A DNA stretch of 64,000 nt from Candidatus Marinacidobacterales bacterium (GCA_965226495.1 OZ245365.1:6048001-6112000); one strand, 5' to 3'; positions 10,095 to 21,071 are shown, counted from the first letter of the stretch. The notes: a model not told the origin generated them from the letters alone. Program-made: numbers and translations.

Positions 10095-11627
10095 TCAGAT
10101 TGGCGGCGGCTGCCACCCTCCCAACTCTTTCTCCAAGAACTGGGCGCTGGCCAGCACGGTATCCTCCCGCCAGGGACGACCCACAATCTGGATTCCGATG
10201 GGCAAGCCCTCTGGCGAAGTCCCGCCGCGAACGACCGCGGCGGGCCAACCCGTGACGTTGAACACCGAGGTATAAGTATCCGGCACGAAACCGTCGACTG
10301 AGAGGGACTTCACCACCATTTCATCCAATGCACCCTGAGCGAAGGCGGGAAACGGAGCGACCGGGCAGACGATCAGGTCGTAGTGCTCCATGAATCGCAA
10401 CATCTCGCCTCGAAACTTCTGGCGTGCGATGAGCTTTTCGTTGGCATCGCGAAGCGATAATTTGGAGTTCCGCGCGCCGTCGTAAATTCGTTGGATCGGA
10501 TTCGAGAGTTGTTTGGTGCCCGCTTTCCCGATGGAGCGGGCGAGCGACGCGCCCCCGTCCGAGTACCCGCTCAGGTCACGCAATCGGTCGAGCGCCTCTG
10601 GTCGACGCTCTTCGACTTTCACGCCCATCTCCGAGAGTGCTTCGACGGCGCGCGTGACCGTGGCTTTCGTCTCCGGCGTTGGGGGAAAAGAGGACAGCAC
10701 ACCATCTTCCGTGTAATAAGCCGCGCGCAATTGTCGTAGATCGATGGCCGCCGGGTCGCGAAGGGGCATGGGGACCACGTCGGGATCGTGCCCATCCGCA
10801 CCCGAAATGATGGGTAACGCGAGGATCAAGTCCTCGACGTATCTGGCAATGGGTCCAATGGTGGTTGCGTGGGAGGCCAGCCCAGCATCGAACGAGATAA
10901 AGTGTCCGGTTCGGGGTACCCGACCGTTAGTGGGTTTCAGTCCGGCAACGCCGCAGAAATGAGACGGCCATCGAATGCTACCGCCGGTGTCGCTTCCTAA
11001 ATCTAGCGGTGAACCGGCAGCGGCCACGATCGCTGCGGCGCCCCCACTACTTCCACCCGGGCTACGAGAAAGGTCGTACGGATTGCTGGTCTGACCGTAC
11101 ACCAGGTTGTCGGTATCACCCCAGTGAGTAAACTCGGGAGTGTTGGTCTTCCCCAACAAAATGGCTCCGGCGTCCCTCATGCGCGCCACTACTGTGGCGT
11201 CGGACGGCGGGATATAGTTCCTTCTTCCCAAAGTGCCGGCCGTACTGATCACCCCCGCGGTGTCTAGCGAATCCTTCAACGTCATCGGCACGCCATGCAG
11301 CGGGCCCCTTATCGCTCCACGCGCTAAATCGGCGTCAGCTTGTCGTGCTTCCTCCAGAGCGCGGTCAGACACGAGCTGTACCACCGCGTTCAGTTTAGCG
11401 TTGACCTCTTCAATGCGATCCAGGTACGCCCGGACGACCTCGATCGAAGAGACTCGTTTCGCCCGGATCGCCTTGGCCAACGACGAGGCGGAGGAATGGA
11501 TTAAGGGGTCACGAAGGGAAACGGGAGACCAGGCCGGGGCCAGAGGTAAGGCGGCGGCACTTCCGAGAAGAGAGAGCATCTCTCGCCGGGAGAGAGTGTT
11601 TTCTTCAAACAAGTCTATATTCCCCAA
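10095..11627 (-). CDS. Amidase signature family protein with Tat-like leader
   Basis: [27 protein letters not shown]; SRREML. Confidence 0.93.
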   Translation of the reverse strand: MGNIDLFEENTLSRREMLSLLGSAAALPLAPAWSPVSLRDPLIHSSASSLAKAIRAKRVSSIEVVRAYLDRIEEVNAKLNAVVQLVSDRALEEARQADADLARGAIRGPLHGVPMTLKDSLDTAGVISTAGTLGRRNYIPPSDATVVARMRDAGAILLGKTNTPEFTHWGDTDNLVYGQTSNPYDLSRSPGGSSGGAAAIVAAAGSPLDLGSDTGGSIRWPSHFCGVAGLKPTNGRVPRTGHFISFDAGLASHATTIGPIARYVEDLILALPIISGADGHDPDVVPMPLRDPAAIDLRQLRAAYYTEDGVLSSFPPTPETKATVTRAVEALSEMGVKVEERRPEALDRLRDLSGYSDGGASLARSIGKAGTKQLSNPIQRIYDGARNSKLSLRDANEKLIARQKFRGEMLRFMEHYDLIVCPVAPFPAFAQGALDEMVVKSLSVDGFVPDTYTSVFNVTGWPAAVVRGGTSPEGLPIGIQIVGRPWREDTVLASAQFLEKELGGWQPPPI

Positions 11628-12349
11628 GCCCCGCTCACCTGAACGTTCGCCCCATTGATGTAGCGCGCGTCGTCGGATAGAAGGTAGCGTACCAAACCCA
11701 CTATATCTTGAGTGTCACCGATGTATCCAGCCGGAATCTTCTTGGCCATGGACTCGAGCTCCTCGGGCGGCGCACTGCCGGAGTCGATGAATCCGGGTGA
11801 GATAGCGTTGACGGTAATGCCGTGCGGCGCGAGCAGGCGCGCCAACGACCGAGTGAAGATGAGCACGCCGACTTTCGAGATGTAGTGCGCGGTCAAGTGG
11901 GGCTGCGCCAAGAGTCGGTCGGCGTTGGCCATGCTGAAACTGATGATCCGTCCCCACTTGCGCTCTTTCATGCCCGGGGCGACAGCGCGACCAAGATAAA
12001 ACAGGGGGTGCAGGTTGTTATCGAACATCGAGTGCCAGTCGTCGATGCTCACTTCCAATAGATTCTTTCGCTGATACGGGCCCGCACCGTTGATGAGCGC
12101 GTCGATGCGACCCCATTTTTGCTCAACCTGGCGCACGATGCCTTCGGCGGCAGCAGGATCGGACACATCGCACTGCTCCGCTAGCCCACGGCCTCCGTTC
12201 TCTTCGATTTGCGCCTTGGTCTCGTCCGCTTCCTTTGCACTGGTCCTGTAGCAAATCGCGACCGACCACCCTTGCGTTGCCAGGTCCAAGGCGACTGCTC
12301 TTGCGATGCCGCGCGCCCCACCCGTGATCAATGCGACTCGCTCGCTCAT
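11615..12349 (-). CDS. SDR family oxidoreductase
   Basis: TGGARGIA, YISK catalytic motif, NAISPG. Confidence 0.92.
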   Translation of the reverse strand: MSERVALITGGARGIARAVALDLATQGWSVAICYRTSAKEADETKAQIEENGGRGLAEQCDVSDPAAAEGIVRQVEQKWGRIDALINGAGPYQRKNLLEVSIDDWHSMFDNNLHPLFYLGRAVAPGMKERKWGRIISFSMANADRLLAQPHLTAHYISKVGVLIFTRSLARLLAPHGITVNAISPGFIDSGSAPPEELESMAKKIPAGYIGDTQDIVGLVRYLLSDDARYINGANVQVSGAWGI

Positions 12350-12404
12350 GGCCGAAGTTTAACACCGCGACGTCGCCTTGCGCGCGGTGGGGTGAGGCGT
12401 CACA

Positions 12405-15400
12405 ATGTGCCCTCCTGTGGGCGAAAAGCGGCGGTTCTCCAAGGTCATGGCGGCCAATCGCGGGGAGATCGCCATTCGAATCTTCCGCGCGTGTACGGAG
12501 CTGGGGATCAGAACGCTCGCCATTTACGCTCACGCCGACCAGCTCTCCATCCATCGCTACAAAGCGGACGAGGCATTTCCCGTCGGCTCGCCCGACGAGC
12601 CAGTGGGAGCGTACCTGGATCAGGAGGCCATTCTCGATATTGCGCTCGCCCATGAGGTGGACGCGATCCATCCTGGATATGGTTTCTTGGCGGAGAATGC
12701 AGAGTTCGCCCGCCGATGTGCCGATGCCGGCGTCGTTTTCATTGGACCGCGGCCGGAAGTCCTCGAGGCTTTCGGTAGCAAGACGTCGGCACGCCAACTC
12801 GCGGTGGAGGCGGGAGTCCCGGTGGTGCCGGGAACCGAAGAGCCCATCACCTCGACCGAGCAGGTTCGCGGCTTTGCTTCTGAACACGGCTACCCCATCC
12901 TCATCAAGGCTTCTTTCGGTGGCGGTGGCCGTGGCATGCGCATCGTACGCTCGGACGAAGAGGTGGATCAGGGTTTCGAGCAGGCGCGCAGCGAGGCGAA
13001 GGCCGCGTTCGGTCGCGAGGACGTGTACTGCGAGAAGCTTCTCGAGCAGGTGAAACATATCGAGATACAGCTCCTGGCCGACGAGCACGGCCAGTGCATC
13101 CACTTGTTCGAACGCGATTGTTCTGTCCAGCGCCGCCACCAGAAAGTCGTCGAGTTCGCGCCCGCGATTTCCATTGGCGACCAGGTGCGCTCGGAGCTCT
13201 ACCAGGCGGCGCTTCGCATCGCCACCACCGCGGGCTACAACAATGCGGGCACGGTCGAATTCCTGGTCGACGACCAAGGCTACTACTTCATCGAGGTCAA
13301 TCCACGGATCCAGGTCGAGCACACCGTGACCGAGTGCATCACCGGGCGCGACCTCGTTCAAGCGCAGATCCGAGTCGCCGAAGGCTTTCGACTACGAGAC
13401 CCCGAGATCGGGATCTCGAGTCAGGCTGCCATCACGAAGAACGGCTGCGCGGTGCAATGCCGGATCACCGCGGAGGATCCGCAGGCGGAGTTTGCGCCGA
13501 GTACCGGGAAGATCCGCGCCTATCGTGCCGCGGAAGGTTTTGGTATTCGGCTAGATGACGGGACCGCCGGAGCGGGCACCGTCATTTCGAGCTACTACGA
13601 CAGCCTCATCGTCAAGGTGACCGCCACCGCTCTCGACTTCAAAGGCGCGCGTGCCAAGTTGCTGCGTTCTCTTCGCGAATTTCGGATTCGAGGCGTCAAG
13701 ACCAACATGCGGTTCTTGGAAAACGTGATCTCTCACGCTCGATTCGTAACTGGAGACATCGACACCCGTTTCATCGATGAAACACCGGAGCTCTTCGAGT
13801 TCCCACCGGGGCGTGACCGGGGCACGAAGCTCCTGAGAGCACTCGCGGACGCGGTCGTGAATGGACCGCCAGGGGGGAAGGGTCCGTTGAAACGACCGAC
13901 ACCTCTCTTGCTCCCGCAGGTGCCGGCGCTCGGACGCGACCCGTTGCGGAAGGAGCCCGAGGACGGAGAGGCAATGGCTGTCTTTCGAGACAAGGGTCCG
14001 GAAGGATTGGCGAGCTGGCTCCGCGAAGAATCGCGCCTCTGGATCACCGACACCACGTTTCGAGACGCGCACCAGTCGCTCCTATCGACACGAGTTCGCA
14101 CCGCAGATATGGAAGCCATCGCGCCGGTTACCGCCCGCATCGCGAGCAATCTCTTCAGCGTCGAGATGTGGGGAGGGGCGACCTTCGATGTCGCCTATCG
14201 TTTCCTGAACGAAGACCCTTGGGAGCGGCTGAGCCGTTTGCGAGCGGCGATGCCCAACATTCTCTTCCAAATGCTGCTCCGGGGCGCGAACGCCGTCGGT
14301 TACACGAATTATCCCGATAACGTTATCCGACGCTTCGTTGGCTGTGCCGCCGAGGCGGGGATCGATATTTTCCGCATCTTCGATGCCCTCAACTGGGTCC
14401 CGAACATGACGCTCGCCATCGAAGAGGTCGCGAAAGCGGGCAAGGTAGCCGAAGCCGCTATCTGTTACACCGGTGACATCTCCGACCCGAGTCGAAAGAA
14501 ATACGATCTTGACTACTACGTCGGCCTCGCCAAGGAGCTTACCAAGCGCGGGGCACACATTCTCGCCATCAAAGACATGGCGGGACTCCTCAAACCCGCG
14601 GCGGCGCGCCAGCTCATCCCCGCCCTTCGCGAGGAGACCGGGCTACCCGTCCATCTCCACACCCACGATACGAGTGGCAACGGTGTCGCGACCTATCTCA
14701 TGGCGAGCGAAGCCGGTGTCGATGCCATCGATTGCGCCCTCGCGAGCATGTCGGGACTCACCAGCCAGCCGTCCTTGAACGCCGTTTGCGCTGCCCTCGC
14801 CACCAATGAGAGGCGGCCGACTCTCGATCTGGAAGCGATGAATCGACTCGACCTCTATTGGGAACGGGTCCGTAACCTCTACGAAAGCTTCGAGTCTGGC
14901 CTGAAAGCTAGCACCGCCGAGGTCTACGAGCACGAGATTCCAGGTGGCCAGTACTCGAACTTGCTTCGACGCGCCGACCAGCTCGGTTTGGGGGAGCGTT
15001 GGGGGGAGCTCAAAGAGAAGTACCGGGAAGTCAATCTCCTCCTCGGCGACATTATTAAGGTAACGCCGACGTCCAAGGTCGTGGCCGACTTCGCGATGTT
15101 TCTGGTTCAGAACGAGCTGACCGCCGAAGAAGCCATATCCCAGGCCAGCCGCTTGGATTTTCCTCAATCCGTGGTGGACTTCCTCGCTGGGGGCCTTGGC
15201 CAGCCCTATGGCGGGTTCCCGGAACGCGTGCAGAAAGCGATCTTGAAGGGGCGCCCGGCCATCACGGATCGCGTCGGCGAGCACTTGGAGCCCCACGATT
15301 TCGATGCCGCGAAGACGCGACTACAAGAGCGGCTGGGGCGTGAGCCTAGCGAGAAAGCGCTATTGAGCGATGCGCTCTACCCGGACGTGTTCGAAGACTA

Positions 15401-15884
15401 CCTCAAGCACAACGACAGGTTTGGCGATCCGTCCATTCTTCCGACTCCGGCGTTCCTTTACGGGCTGCAAGTGGGTGAAGAGGTCAGCGTGGACATCGAG
15501 CGGGGGAAGACCTTGATCGTCAAGCTCGTTGCGATCGGAGGCTCGACCGCCGACGGGCGCCGCATGGTGTACTTCGAGCTCAACGGTCAGCCCCGTGAAG
15601 TCGTTGTACGCGACTTGAGCGTTGCGATCTCCGAAGAGGTCGCGCTGATGGCCGATCCCTCGGATCCGCTCGACGTCGGTGCCAGCATGACTGGTAAGGT
15701 GCTTCGGATTCTTTGCAAGGTAGGCGATGCGGTCGAGCGCGGTGATGGTTTGCTGGTCCTCGAAGCCATGAAGATGGAAACGTCGGTCACCGCCCCCACC
15801 GGGGGCATCGTCGAACGCATCGATGTGGAGATCGGTGAGGATACGAAAGCCGGTCAGAGGGTAGCCCGGCTGCGCGACATTTAG
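12405..15884 (+). CDS. pyc: Pyruvate carboxylase
   Basis: ANRGEIA biotin carboxylase, RDAHQS and HLHTHDT carboxyltransferase, EAMKM biotinyl site; 1159 aa. Confidence 0.97.
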   Translation: MCPPVGEKRRFSKVMAANRGEIAIRIFRACTELGIRTLAIYAHADQLSIHRYKADEAFPVGSPDEPVGAYLDQEAILDIALAHEVDAIHPGYGFLAENAEFARRCADAGVVFIGPRPEVLEAFGSKTSARQLAVEAGVPVVPGTEEPITSTEQVRGFASEHGYPILIKASFGGGGRGMRIVRSDEEVDQGFEQARSEAKAAFGREDVYCEKLLEQVKHIEIQLLADEHGQCIHLFERDCSVQRRHQKVVEFAPAISIGDQVRSELYQAALRIATTAGYNNAGTVEFLVDDQGYYFIEVNPRIQVEHTVTECITGRDLVQAQIRVAEGFRLRDPEIGISSQAAITKNGCAVQCRITAEDPQAEFAPSTGKIRAYRAAEGFGIRLDDGTAGAGTVISSYYDSLIVKVTATALDFKGARAKLLRSLREFRIRGVKTNMRFLENVISHARFVTGDIDTRFIDETPELFEFPPGRDRGTKLLRALADAVVNGPPGGKGPLKRPTPLLLPQVPALGRDPLRKEPEDGEAMAVFRDKGPEGLASWLREESRLWITDTTFRDAHQSLLSTRVRTADMEAIAPVTARIASNLFSVEMWGGATFDVAYRFLNEDPWERLSRLRAAMPNILFQMLLRGANAVGYTNYPDNVIRRFVGCAAEAGIDIFRIFDALNWVPNMTLAIEEVAKAGKVAEAAICYTGDISDPSRKKYDLDYYVGLAKELTKRGAHILAIKDMAGLLKPAAARQLIPALREETGLPVHLHTHDTSGNGVATYLMASEAGVDAIDCALASMSGLTSQPSLNAVCAALATNERRPTLDLEAMNRLDLYWERVRNLYESFESGLKASTAEVYEHEIPGGQYSNLLRRADQLGLGERWGELKEKYREVNLLLGDIIKVTPTSKVVADFAMFLVQNELTAEEAISQASRLDFPQSVVDFLAGGLGQPYGGFPERVQKAILKGRPAITDRVGEHLEPHDFDAAKTRLQERLGREPSEKALLSDALYPDVFEDYLKHNDRFGDPSILPTPAFLYGLQVGEEVSVDIERGKTLIVKLVAIGGSTADGRRMVYFELNGQPREVVVRDLSVAISEEVALMADPSDPLDVGASMTGKVLRILCKVGDAVERGDGLLVLEAMKMETSVTAPTGGIVERIDVEIGEDTKAGQRVARLRDI

Positions 15885-15920
15885 TGTGCCTCAATGCGCG
15901 CTCACTCCTCCATGAGTGAC

Positions 15921-16205
15921 GCGGGGCCCCACCCCCACGCCTCATGCTTCGCCGGCAGGCGACTCCGCATGGGCTCATGGCTGCGTTCGCGCGTTTCGCG
16001 CCTCGCTCGTCGGGCACGGCCGTGGGGCCCCACCCCCTCGGCTCGTCCCTTCGCCGACAAGCGGCTGCGGGACGGCTGACGGCTCCGCTCGGCTTCCCGT
16101 TGTCGGCCCACTCGGGCCGGGCTCGCTTCTTTATCACTGCGGCGGGGCCCCACCCCCACCGCCATCCCTTCGCCGGCGCGCGGCTTCGGGACAGCTGATG
16201 GCTCC
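15921..16205. repeat. Three tandem imperfect units with core GGGGCCCCACCCCC (REP-like cluster between convergent genes)
   Basis: Cores at 15923, 16024, 16144, each followed by CTTCGCCG; units 2 and 3 also share CGGGAC-GCTGA-GGCTCC. Confidence 0.8.
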
Positions 16206-16246
16206 TCGCGCAGGGTGCCGCGAATCTCTTGAGCACCCTGCCAAGA

Positions 16247-17668
16247 CTATCTTCTGTAGTCGAGCGGCGGTTTCCGATCGCCTACCAACGGCTCGTACTT
16301 GAAATCGGGCCCCTGAGCTTCTCGAAGCTCCTCCTTGGCCTTGTCCACGATCGCCGGATCTTCAAAGAGATCGACTGCGGTCATCGCTAACGTCTTCGCC
16401 GCGACGGCCATCCCTTTGAGGCCGATGCTCGTACCGCCCGAGGCGACGGCCTGCCAGCTGTGGGACGGTGTCCCCGGTACCCATGTCGCGGCATAGAACT
16501 GCGCATACGGTACGACCCAGCTGACGTCCGCGACGTCTGAAGAGCCGGACACCATCGACGGCTTCCAGGGCAGAACTTCTGCCTGGGAGCCGATGGGTTT
16601 GGGCTTGGCAAGAGTCGTCTGGACCTTTTCGGCGAAGGCAGCTTCTTCCTTCGTATAGATCACTCCCGCAAAGGCGCGCAGGTTCTTGTCGAGGAGTCGG
16701 TGTACGGTTTCGTTCGGGTTCACCGCGTAGATGCCATGGATGATCTCGTATTCCATTCTCGTTCCCGTACCAAGGGCAGCTCCTTCGGCAGCCTTGTGAA
16801 CTCTTTCCCAAATCCCCCGCAAAGCTTCTACATCTGGGTGACGTGTGTAGTAATAGACCTCGGCGAAATCGGGCACCACATTGGGAGCCTCGCCTCCGCG
16901 AGTGATGATGTAGTGAATGCGGGCCGTCGAGTCGACGTGCTCCCGCATCAGATTGACCATGTAGTTCAGGGACTCGACGGCATCGAGGGCCGACCGCCCT
17001 TGTTCGGGAGCGCCCGCGGCGTGCGCCGAGCGGCCATGGAATCGGAACTTGGTGGAGATGTTGGCGAGCGAGGTGACCGGGCTCGCGTCGTTGCGATCGC
17101 CGGCGTGCCAGGCGATGGACACGTCGACGTCTTCGAAGAGTCTTTCTCGAACCATGTAGACCTTGCCGGCTCCACCTTCTTCCGCCGGTGTGCCGTAGAG
17201 GCGGATGGTTCCGCTAGTGCCAGACTTCTCTAGCCACTCTTTAACTGCGATAGCCGCCGCGGTCGAAGCGGTACCGAATAGATGATGTCCACACGCGTGC
17301 CCCGCCGTGCCCCCGGCTTCCTTCCGCTCGGTCGTCACTTGCTGCGATAGACCAGGCAAGGCGTCGTACTCGGCCAGGATCGCGATCACCGGTTTGCCTT
17401 CACCCCAGCTCGCGATAAAGGCGGTCGGCATGCCGGCGACGCCCGCCTGCACATCGAAGCCGGCCGCCTGCAGCTTGGATTGGAGAAGCGCGGAAGATAG
17501 ATCCTCTTGGTAGCCGACTTCTGCGAACCCCCAAATATCCATTGCGACTTTCGAGAAGTCTTCCTGGCGTTGGTCGAGGAAGCGGATGACTTGATCCTTG
17601 GCGTCCTCGGCCCCGGCGGTTCCGGAGAGGACGATCGTCAAGACGGTAACTATTGTTCTGGTTGTCAT
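16247..17668 (-). CDS. M20 amidohydrolase (AbgB-like), exported
   Basis: EYDALPG, GHACGHHL, GTPAEEGG, GSSDV, HSWQ; signal peptide. Confidence 0.9.
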   Translation of the reverse strand: MTTRTIVTVLTIVLSGTAGAEDAKDQVIRFLDQRQEDFSKVAMDIWGFAEVGYQEDLSSALLQSKLQAAGFDVQAGVAGMPTAFIASWGEGKPVIAILAEYDALPGLSQQVTTERKEAGGTAGHACGHHLFGTASTAAAIAVKEWLEKSGTSGTIRLYGTPAEEGGAGKVYMVRERLFEDVDVSIAWHAGDRNDASPVTSLANISTKFRFHGRSAHAAGAPEQGRSALDAVESLNYMVNLMREHVDSTARIHYIITRGGEAPNVVPDFAEVYYYTRHPDVEALRGIWERVHKAAEGAALGTGTRMEYEIIHGIYAVNPNETVHRLLDKNLRAFAGVIYTKEEAAFAEKVQTTLAKPKPIGSQAEVLPWKPSMVSGSSDVADVSWVVPYAQFYAATWVPGTPSHSWQAVASGGTSIGLKGMAVAAKTLAMTAVDLFEDPAIVDKAKEELREAQGPDFKYEPLVGDRKPPLDYRR

Positions 17669-18969
17669 TTCTGTCTCCTAGAATAAACGTGCCAGAGAAG
17701 CCCGACGCTGAGTAGAGCGAGTCCCGATAGCCACACCGACCGGTCCACCCAAAAAGCAAGAAAGAGGCAGGAGACAAGACCGCCCCAAGCGAATGCTCGC
17801 GGGTAGAGGCGCTCACTGGGTGGAAGTGCCAGCGCGGCGACATTCGTGATCGCGTAATACACCAGAACCGTGAAGGCGCTGAAAGACCAAGTCGTTTTGA
17901 CATCCCCGATGGTGACGAGACCGGTGATGATGAGACCGACCACAGCCACCGCGACGTAGGGCGTCGTTCGAGACTCGTTCAGGGTGGCGACCGCTTGCGG
18001 CAGGTCTCCCCGACGTCCCATTGCAAGGAGAACGCGTGAGAGGCCGAGAATGAGATTGAGAAGCACGCCGAGCATGGCGGTCATGGCGCCGATGGCGACG
18101 AGGAGAGGTACGCCCGGCACTCGGAAACTTTCGGCAACGATCTCGAGGGGTGCCGCTTCGCCGATCGTCGCGTTGGCGAGCGCCTCGGGACCCTGGGCAC
18201 CCACGGCAACGATCCCGACCGCCATATAGAGCGATGCCGACAACACGAGTGTCATGACGATGGCACGAGGGATGGTGCGACGGGGGTCGCGCACTTCCTC
18301 TCCGAGCGTCGCGATGCGTCCATATCCGGTGAAGGCTACGAACATCAGAGCGGAAGCCTCGAGAAACCCCGGCCACCCACCCGAAGTGGTTTGAGGAAAA
18401 AATGGCAGGAGATTCGCAGTTCCGATTCGCAGCAGATGGACGATCCCGACGAGCACGAAGAGACCGAGCGCAAACCACGTCAGCGAGACAATGAGAATGT
18501 TCGTCCAGTTCGCGCGCCGGATTCCCGTGAAAACGATCGCAGTCAAGACGAGCGTCGTCACTGCCGCGACGAGAACGAGCGACCCGCCGGCCTCCGCCCC
18601 GAGTGCGTGAAGAAGATAGCCCGAAAAACCGAGGGCCGCGGTCGCGGCAGATGCCGACTTGGCGCAAAGAAACATCCACCCCGCGGAAAATCCGAGCCAA
18701 GGCTTGAGGAAGTGATAACCGTACTCGTACGTACCGCCACTGACCGGATGGCTGGCCGCCAACTGAGCACTCGAAAGGGCGTTGCAGGTTGCGACCATAG
18801 CGGCCAAAGGGATCGCGAGAATGACGGAGGCGCCGCTCACACCGGCGGCAATGCCGATACTGACGAAGACTCCGGTGCCCACGATGGAGCCGAGCCCCAT
18901 CATCACCGCCGAAACGACCCCGAGCTCTCGAGGTAGCTGTCCGGACTTCGTGTCTGCCATCTCGGCTGC
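17665..18969 (-). CDS. APC family amino acid permease (start uncertain, 18960-18996)
   Basis: GSIVGTGVF, FVAFTGYG, about 12 TM segments. Confidence 0.88.
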   Translation of the reverse strand, partial: AAEMADTKSGQLPRELGVVSAVMMGLGSIVGTGVFVSIGIAAGVSGASVILAIPLAAMVATCNALSSAQLAASHPVSGGTYEYGYHFLKPWLGFSAGWMFLCAKSASAATAALGFSGYLLHALGAEAGGSLVLVAAVTTLVLTAIVFTGIRRANWTNILIVSLTWFALGLFVLVGIVHLLRIGTANLLPFFPQTTSGGWPGFLEASALMFVAFTGYGRIATLGEEVRDPRRTIPRAIVMTLVLSASLYMAVGIVAVGAQGPEALANATIGEAAPLEIVAESFRVPGVPLLVAIGAMTAMLGVLLNLILGLSRVLLAMGRRGDLPQAVATLNESRTTPYVAVAVVGLIITGLVTIGDVKTTWSFSAFTVLVYYAITNVAALALPPSERLYPRAFAWGGLVSCLFLAFWVDRSVWLSGLALLSVGLLWHVYSRRQK

Positions 18970-19059
18970 CATCTCGTCTGGCCGATACTTCAACAAACGT
19001 TTTGCATCCGCAAGTGCTTCGCTTGAGAAATAGAAGGATGAATGGTAGACGAGGGGGCC

Positions 19060-21027
19060 ATGAGCGCCAAACCAGGCCTGCCGCCCGAAGCGTACGAAGA
19101 AATTCCGGGCGATCAGTATCCGCCATACGTTCCCCCGAGCCAGTCACCACCCGAGTTCACGTTCCGATCGTTGGTTCTCGGTGCTCTCTTCGGAATTCTC
19201 TTCGGTGCCGCGAATACGTACCTGGGACTTCGGGTCGGACTTACCATCTCGACGTCGATCCCAGTGGCGGTGATGACGGTGCTCGCGTTCGCCGTGCTTC
19301 CAAAGAGGGCCGACGGGCAGACGAGCATCCTCGAAGCCAATATGAGCCAGACCATCGGCTCCGCGTCGTCCTCTCTAGCTTCGGGGCTCATCTTTACCAT
19401 TCCGGCGCTTTTCTTATGGGGGATCGTGCCGAGTCTTCCCAAGATGACGGTGATCGCCCTCGCCGGTGGTCTTCTGGGCGTGCTCTTCATGGTGCCGTTG
19501 CGCCGGTACCTGATACGTGGCGAGCACGGCAAGCTCCCGTACCCTGAAGGAACCGCTTGCGGAGAGGTGTTGGTGGCGAGCGAGATCGGTGGTGCGAAGG
19601 CGAGAGAAGTATTTCTCGGTCTCGGCGTGGGCGCTGTCTATCGTCTACTGCAGGGGGCCTTGAAACTGTGGCACGGGGAGCTTTCGGTGAGGCTGCCGTT
19701 TCTCCCGAAGGCCGAAGTCGCCCTCGAAACATCTCCTGCGCTTCTCGGCGTCGGTTACATTCTCGGCCCGCGTATCGCCAACGTGATGGTGGGAGGGTCG
19801 TTGCTCTCTTGGGTCATCTTGATACCAGCGATCGCCTGGGTCGGAAACGATTGGACAACGCCTCTCTACCCCGAGTCGGAAGCACTCGTACGCGACATGT
19901 CGCCGTCAACGCTTTGGACTCGTTACATTCGTTACATTGGCGCGGGGGCGGTGGCTATGGGTGGCATCATTACTTTGGTACGCGCCGTACCCACGATGGT
20001 GTCGGCTTTCAAACTGGGTTTCGAACAACTTCGCCGGCGCGTATCGCCGACGACCGCCGATGATACGGAACGTACGGACCGCGACTTACCGATGAAGTGG
20101 GTCATTCTCGGAGTCACGATTGTGGTTCTCTTTATGGCGCTAGTTCCGCACGTTCTCGGGTTTCTCGAGAGTGCAGGATTGCGGCTCGTCGCCGCAGCGT
20201 TGGTGGCGGTCTTTGCGTTCTTCTTCGTAACGGTCTCGTCACGGATCGTCGGTTTGGTCGGCGTGACCAGCAACCCGACTTCCGGAATGACCATTGCGAC
20301 GCTTCTCGGAACGAGCGGACTCTTTCTCGCTTTCGGGTGGACCGATTTGCAAGGCCAGGCGGCGGCCCTCACCGTAGGTGCTGTAGTTGCGATCGCCGCT
20401 TCGATCGCCGGCGACACCAGCCAAGATCTCAAAACGGGATTTCTGCTGGGTGCCACACCCGCTCGCCAGCAAAAAGGCGAGCTCATTGGCGTTCTCACTT
20501 CGGCTTTTTTTGTGGCACTCACTTTGACGGTGCTGTCCGAAGCCTATGGTTTTGGCACGCGTGAGCTTCCCGCGCCCCAAGCCAACATGATGATGATCGT
20601 CATCGAGGGTGTCTTGGGTCAAGATCTTCCCTGGCTCTTGGTGGGCATCGGTGCTGTCATTTCCATTTTGGCTGAGCTCGCCGGCCTCCCGTCACTCGCG
20701 TTTGCCGTGGGTATCTACTTGCCGCTGGCTACCATGTCGCCGGTGTTCGTGGGCGGGCTCCTTCGTTGGATGTCGGAGAAAAGAGCGCGTGATGAGGACG
20801 ATCGGCGGGAGCGAAGAGAACGCGGCATCTTGTTCGGCTCCGGCCTAGTAGGCGGCGAGGGGTTGTTGGGCGTGGGCATTGCAGCCTACGCCGTCTTGAC
20901 TACTAGCGCACCAGCCGGCATCGGAGGCGATTGGGCCGGAGCACTCGCTCCGTGGGTGCCCATCCTGCCGTTTGGCTTCCTGGTGTGGATGCTTTGGCGA
21001 GCCGCCCAAGCTCGTTCGAGCCAATAA
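19060..21027 (+). CDS. OPT family oligopeptide transporter
   Basis: YLGLRVGLTISTSIP, YPEGTAC, SNPTSGM, QDLKTG, APQA. Confidence 0.93.
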   Translation: MSAKPGLPPEAYEEIPGDQYPPYVPPSQSPPEFTFRSLVLGALFGILFGAANTYLGLRVGLTISTSIPVAVMTVLAFAVLPKRADGQTSILEANMSQTIGSASSSLASGLIFTIPALFLWGIVPSLPKMTVIALAGGLLGVLFMVPLRRYLIRGEHGKLPYPEGTACGEVLVASEIGGAKAREVFLGLGVGAVYRLLQGALKLWHGELSVRLPFLPKAEVALETSPALLGVGYILGPRIANVMVGGSLLSWVILIPAIAWVGNDWTTPLYPESEALVRDMSPSTLWTRYIRYIGAGAVAMGGIITLVRAVPTMVSAFKLGFEQLRRRVSPTTADDTERTDRDLPMKWVILGVTIVVLFMALVPHVLGFLESAGLRLVAAALVAVFAFFFVTVSSRIVGLVGVTSNPTSGMTIATLLGTSGLFLAFGWTDLQGQAAALTVGAVVAIAASIAGDTSQDLKTGFLLGATPARQQKGELIGVLTSAFFVALTLTVLSEAYGFGTRELPAPQANMMMIVIEGVLGQDLPWLLVGIGAVISILAELAGLPSLAFAVGIYLPLATMSPVFVGGLLRWMSEKRARDEDDRRERRERGILFGSGLVGGEGLLGVGIAAYAVLTTSAPAGIGGDWAGALAPWVPILPFGFLVWMLWRAAQARSSQ

Positions 21028-21055
21028 GGAGGGGGATAGGGGTTGCCGAATAAAG

Positions 21056-21071
21056 TGGCTACAATGGCTAC
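21056..21071 (+). promoter_or_regulatory. TGGCTAC-AA-TGGCTAC direct repeat overlapping a TACAAT -10; probable antitoxin operator
   Basis: Lies just upstream of the AGGAG RBS of the Phd gene. Confidence 0.55.

Noticed and set aside
12123-13361. 412-aa antisense ORF and similar ones (4098-5234, 17813-19150, 8363-9043)
   Set aside because: Shadow ORFs overlapping well-supported genes, expected in GC-rich DNA; no motifs.
15921-16205. Possible CRISPR array
   Set aside because: Core is only 14 bp, intervening sequences are about 90-105 bp and resemble each other, and no cas genes are present.
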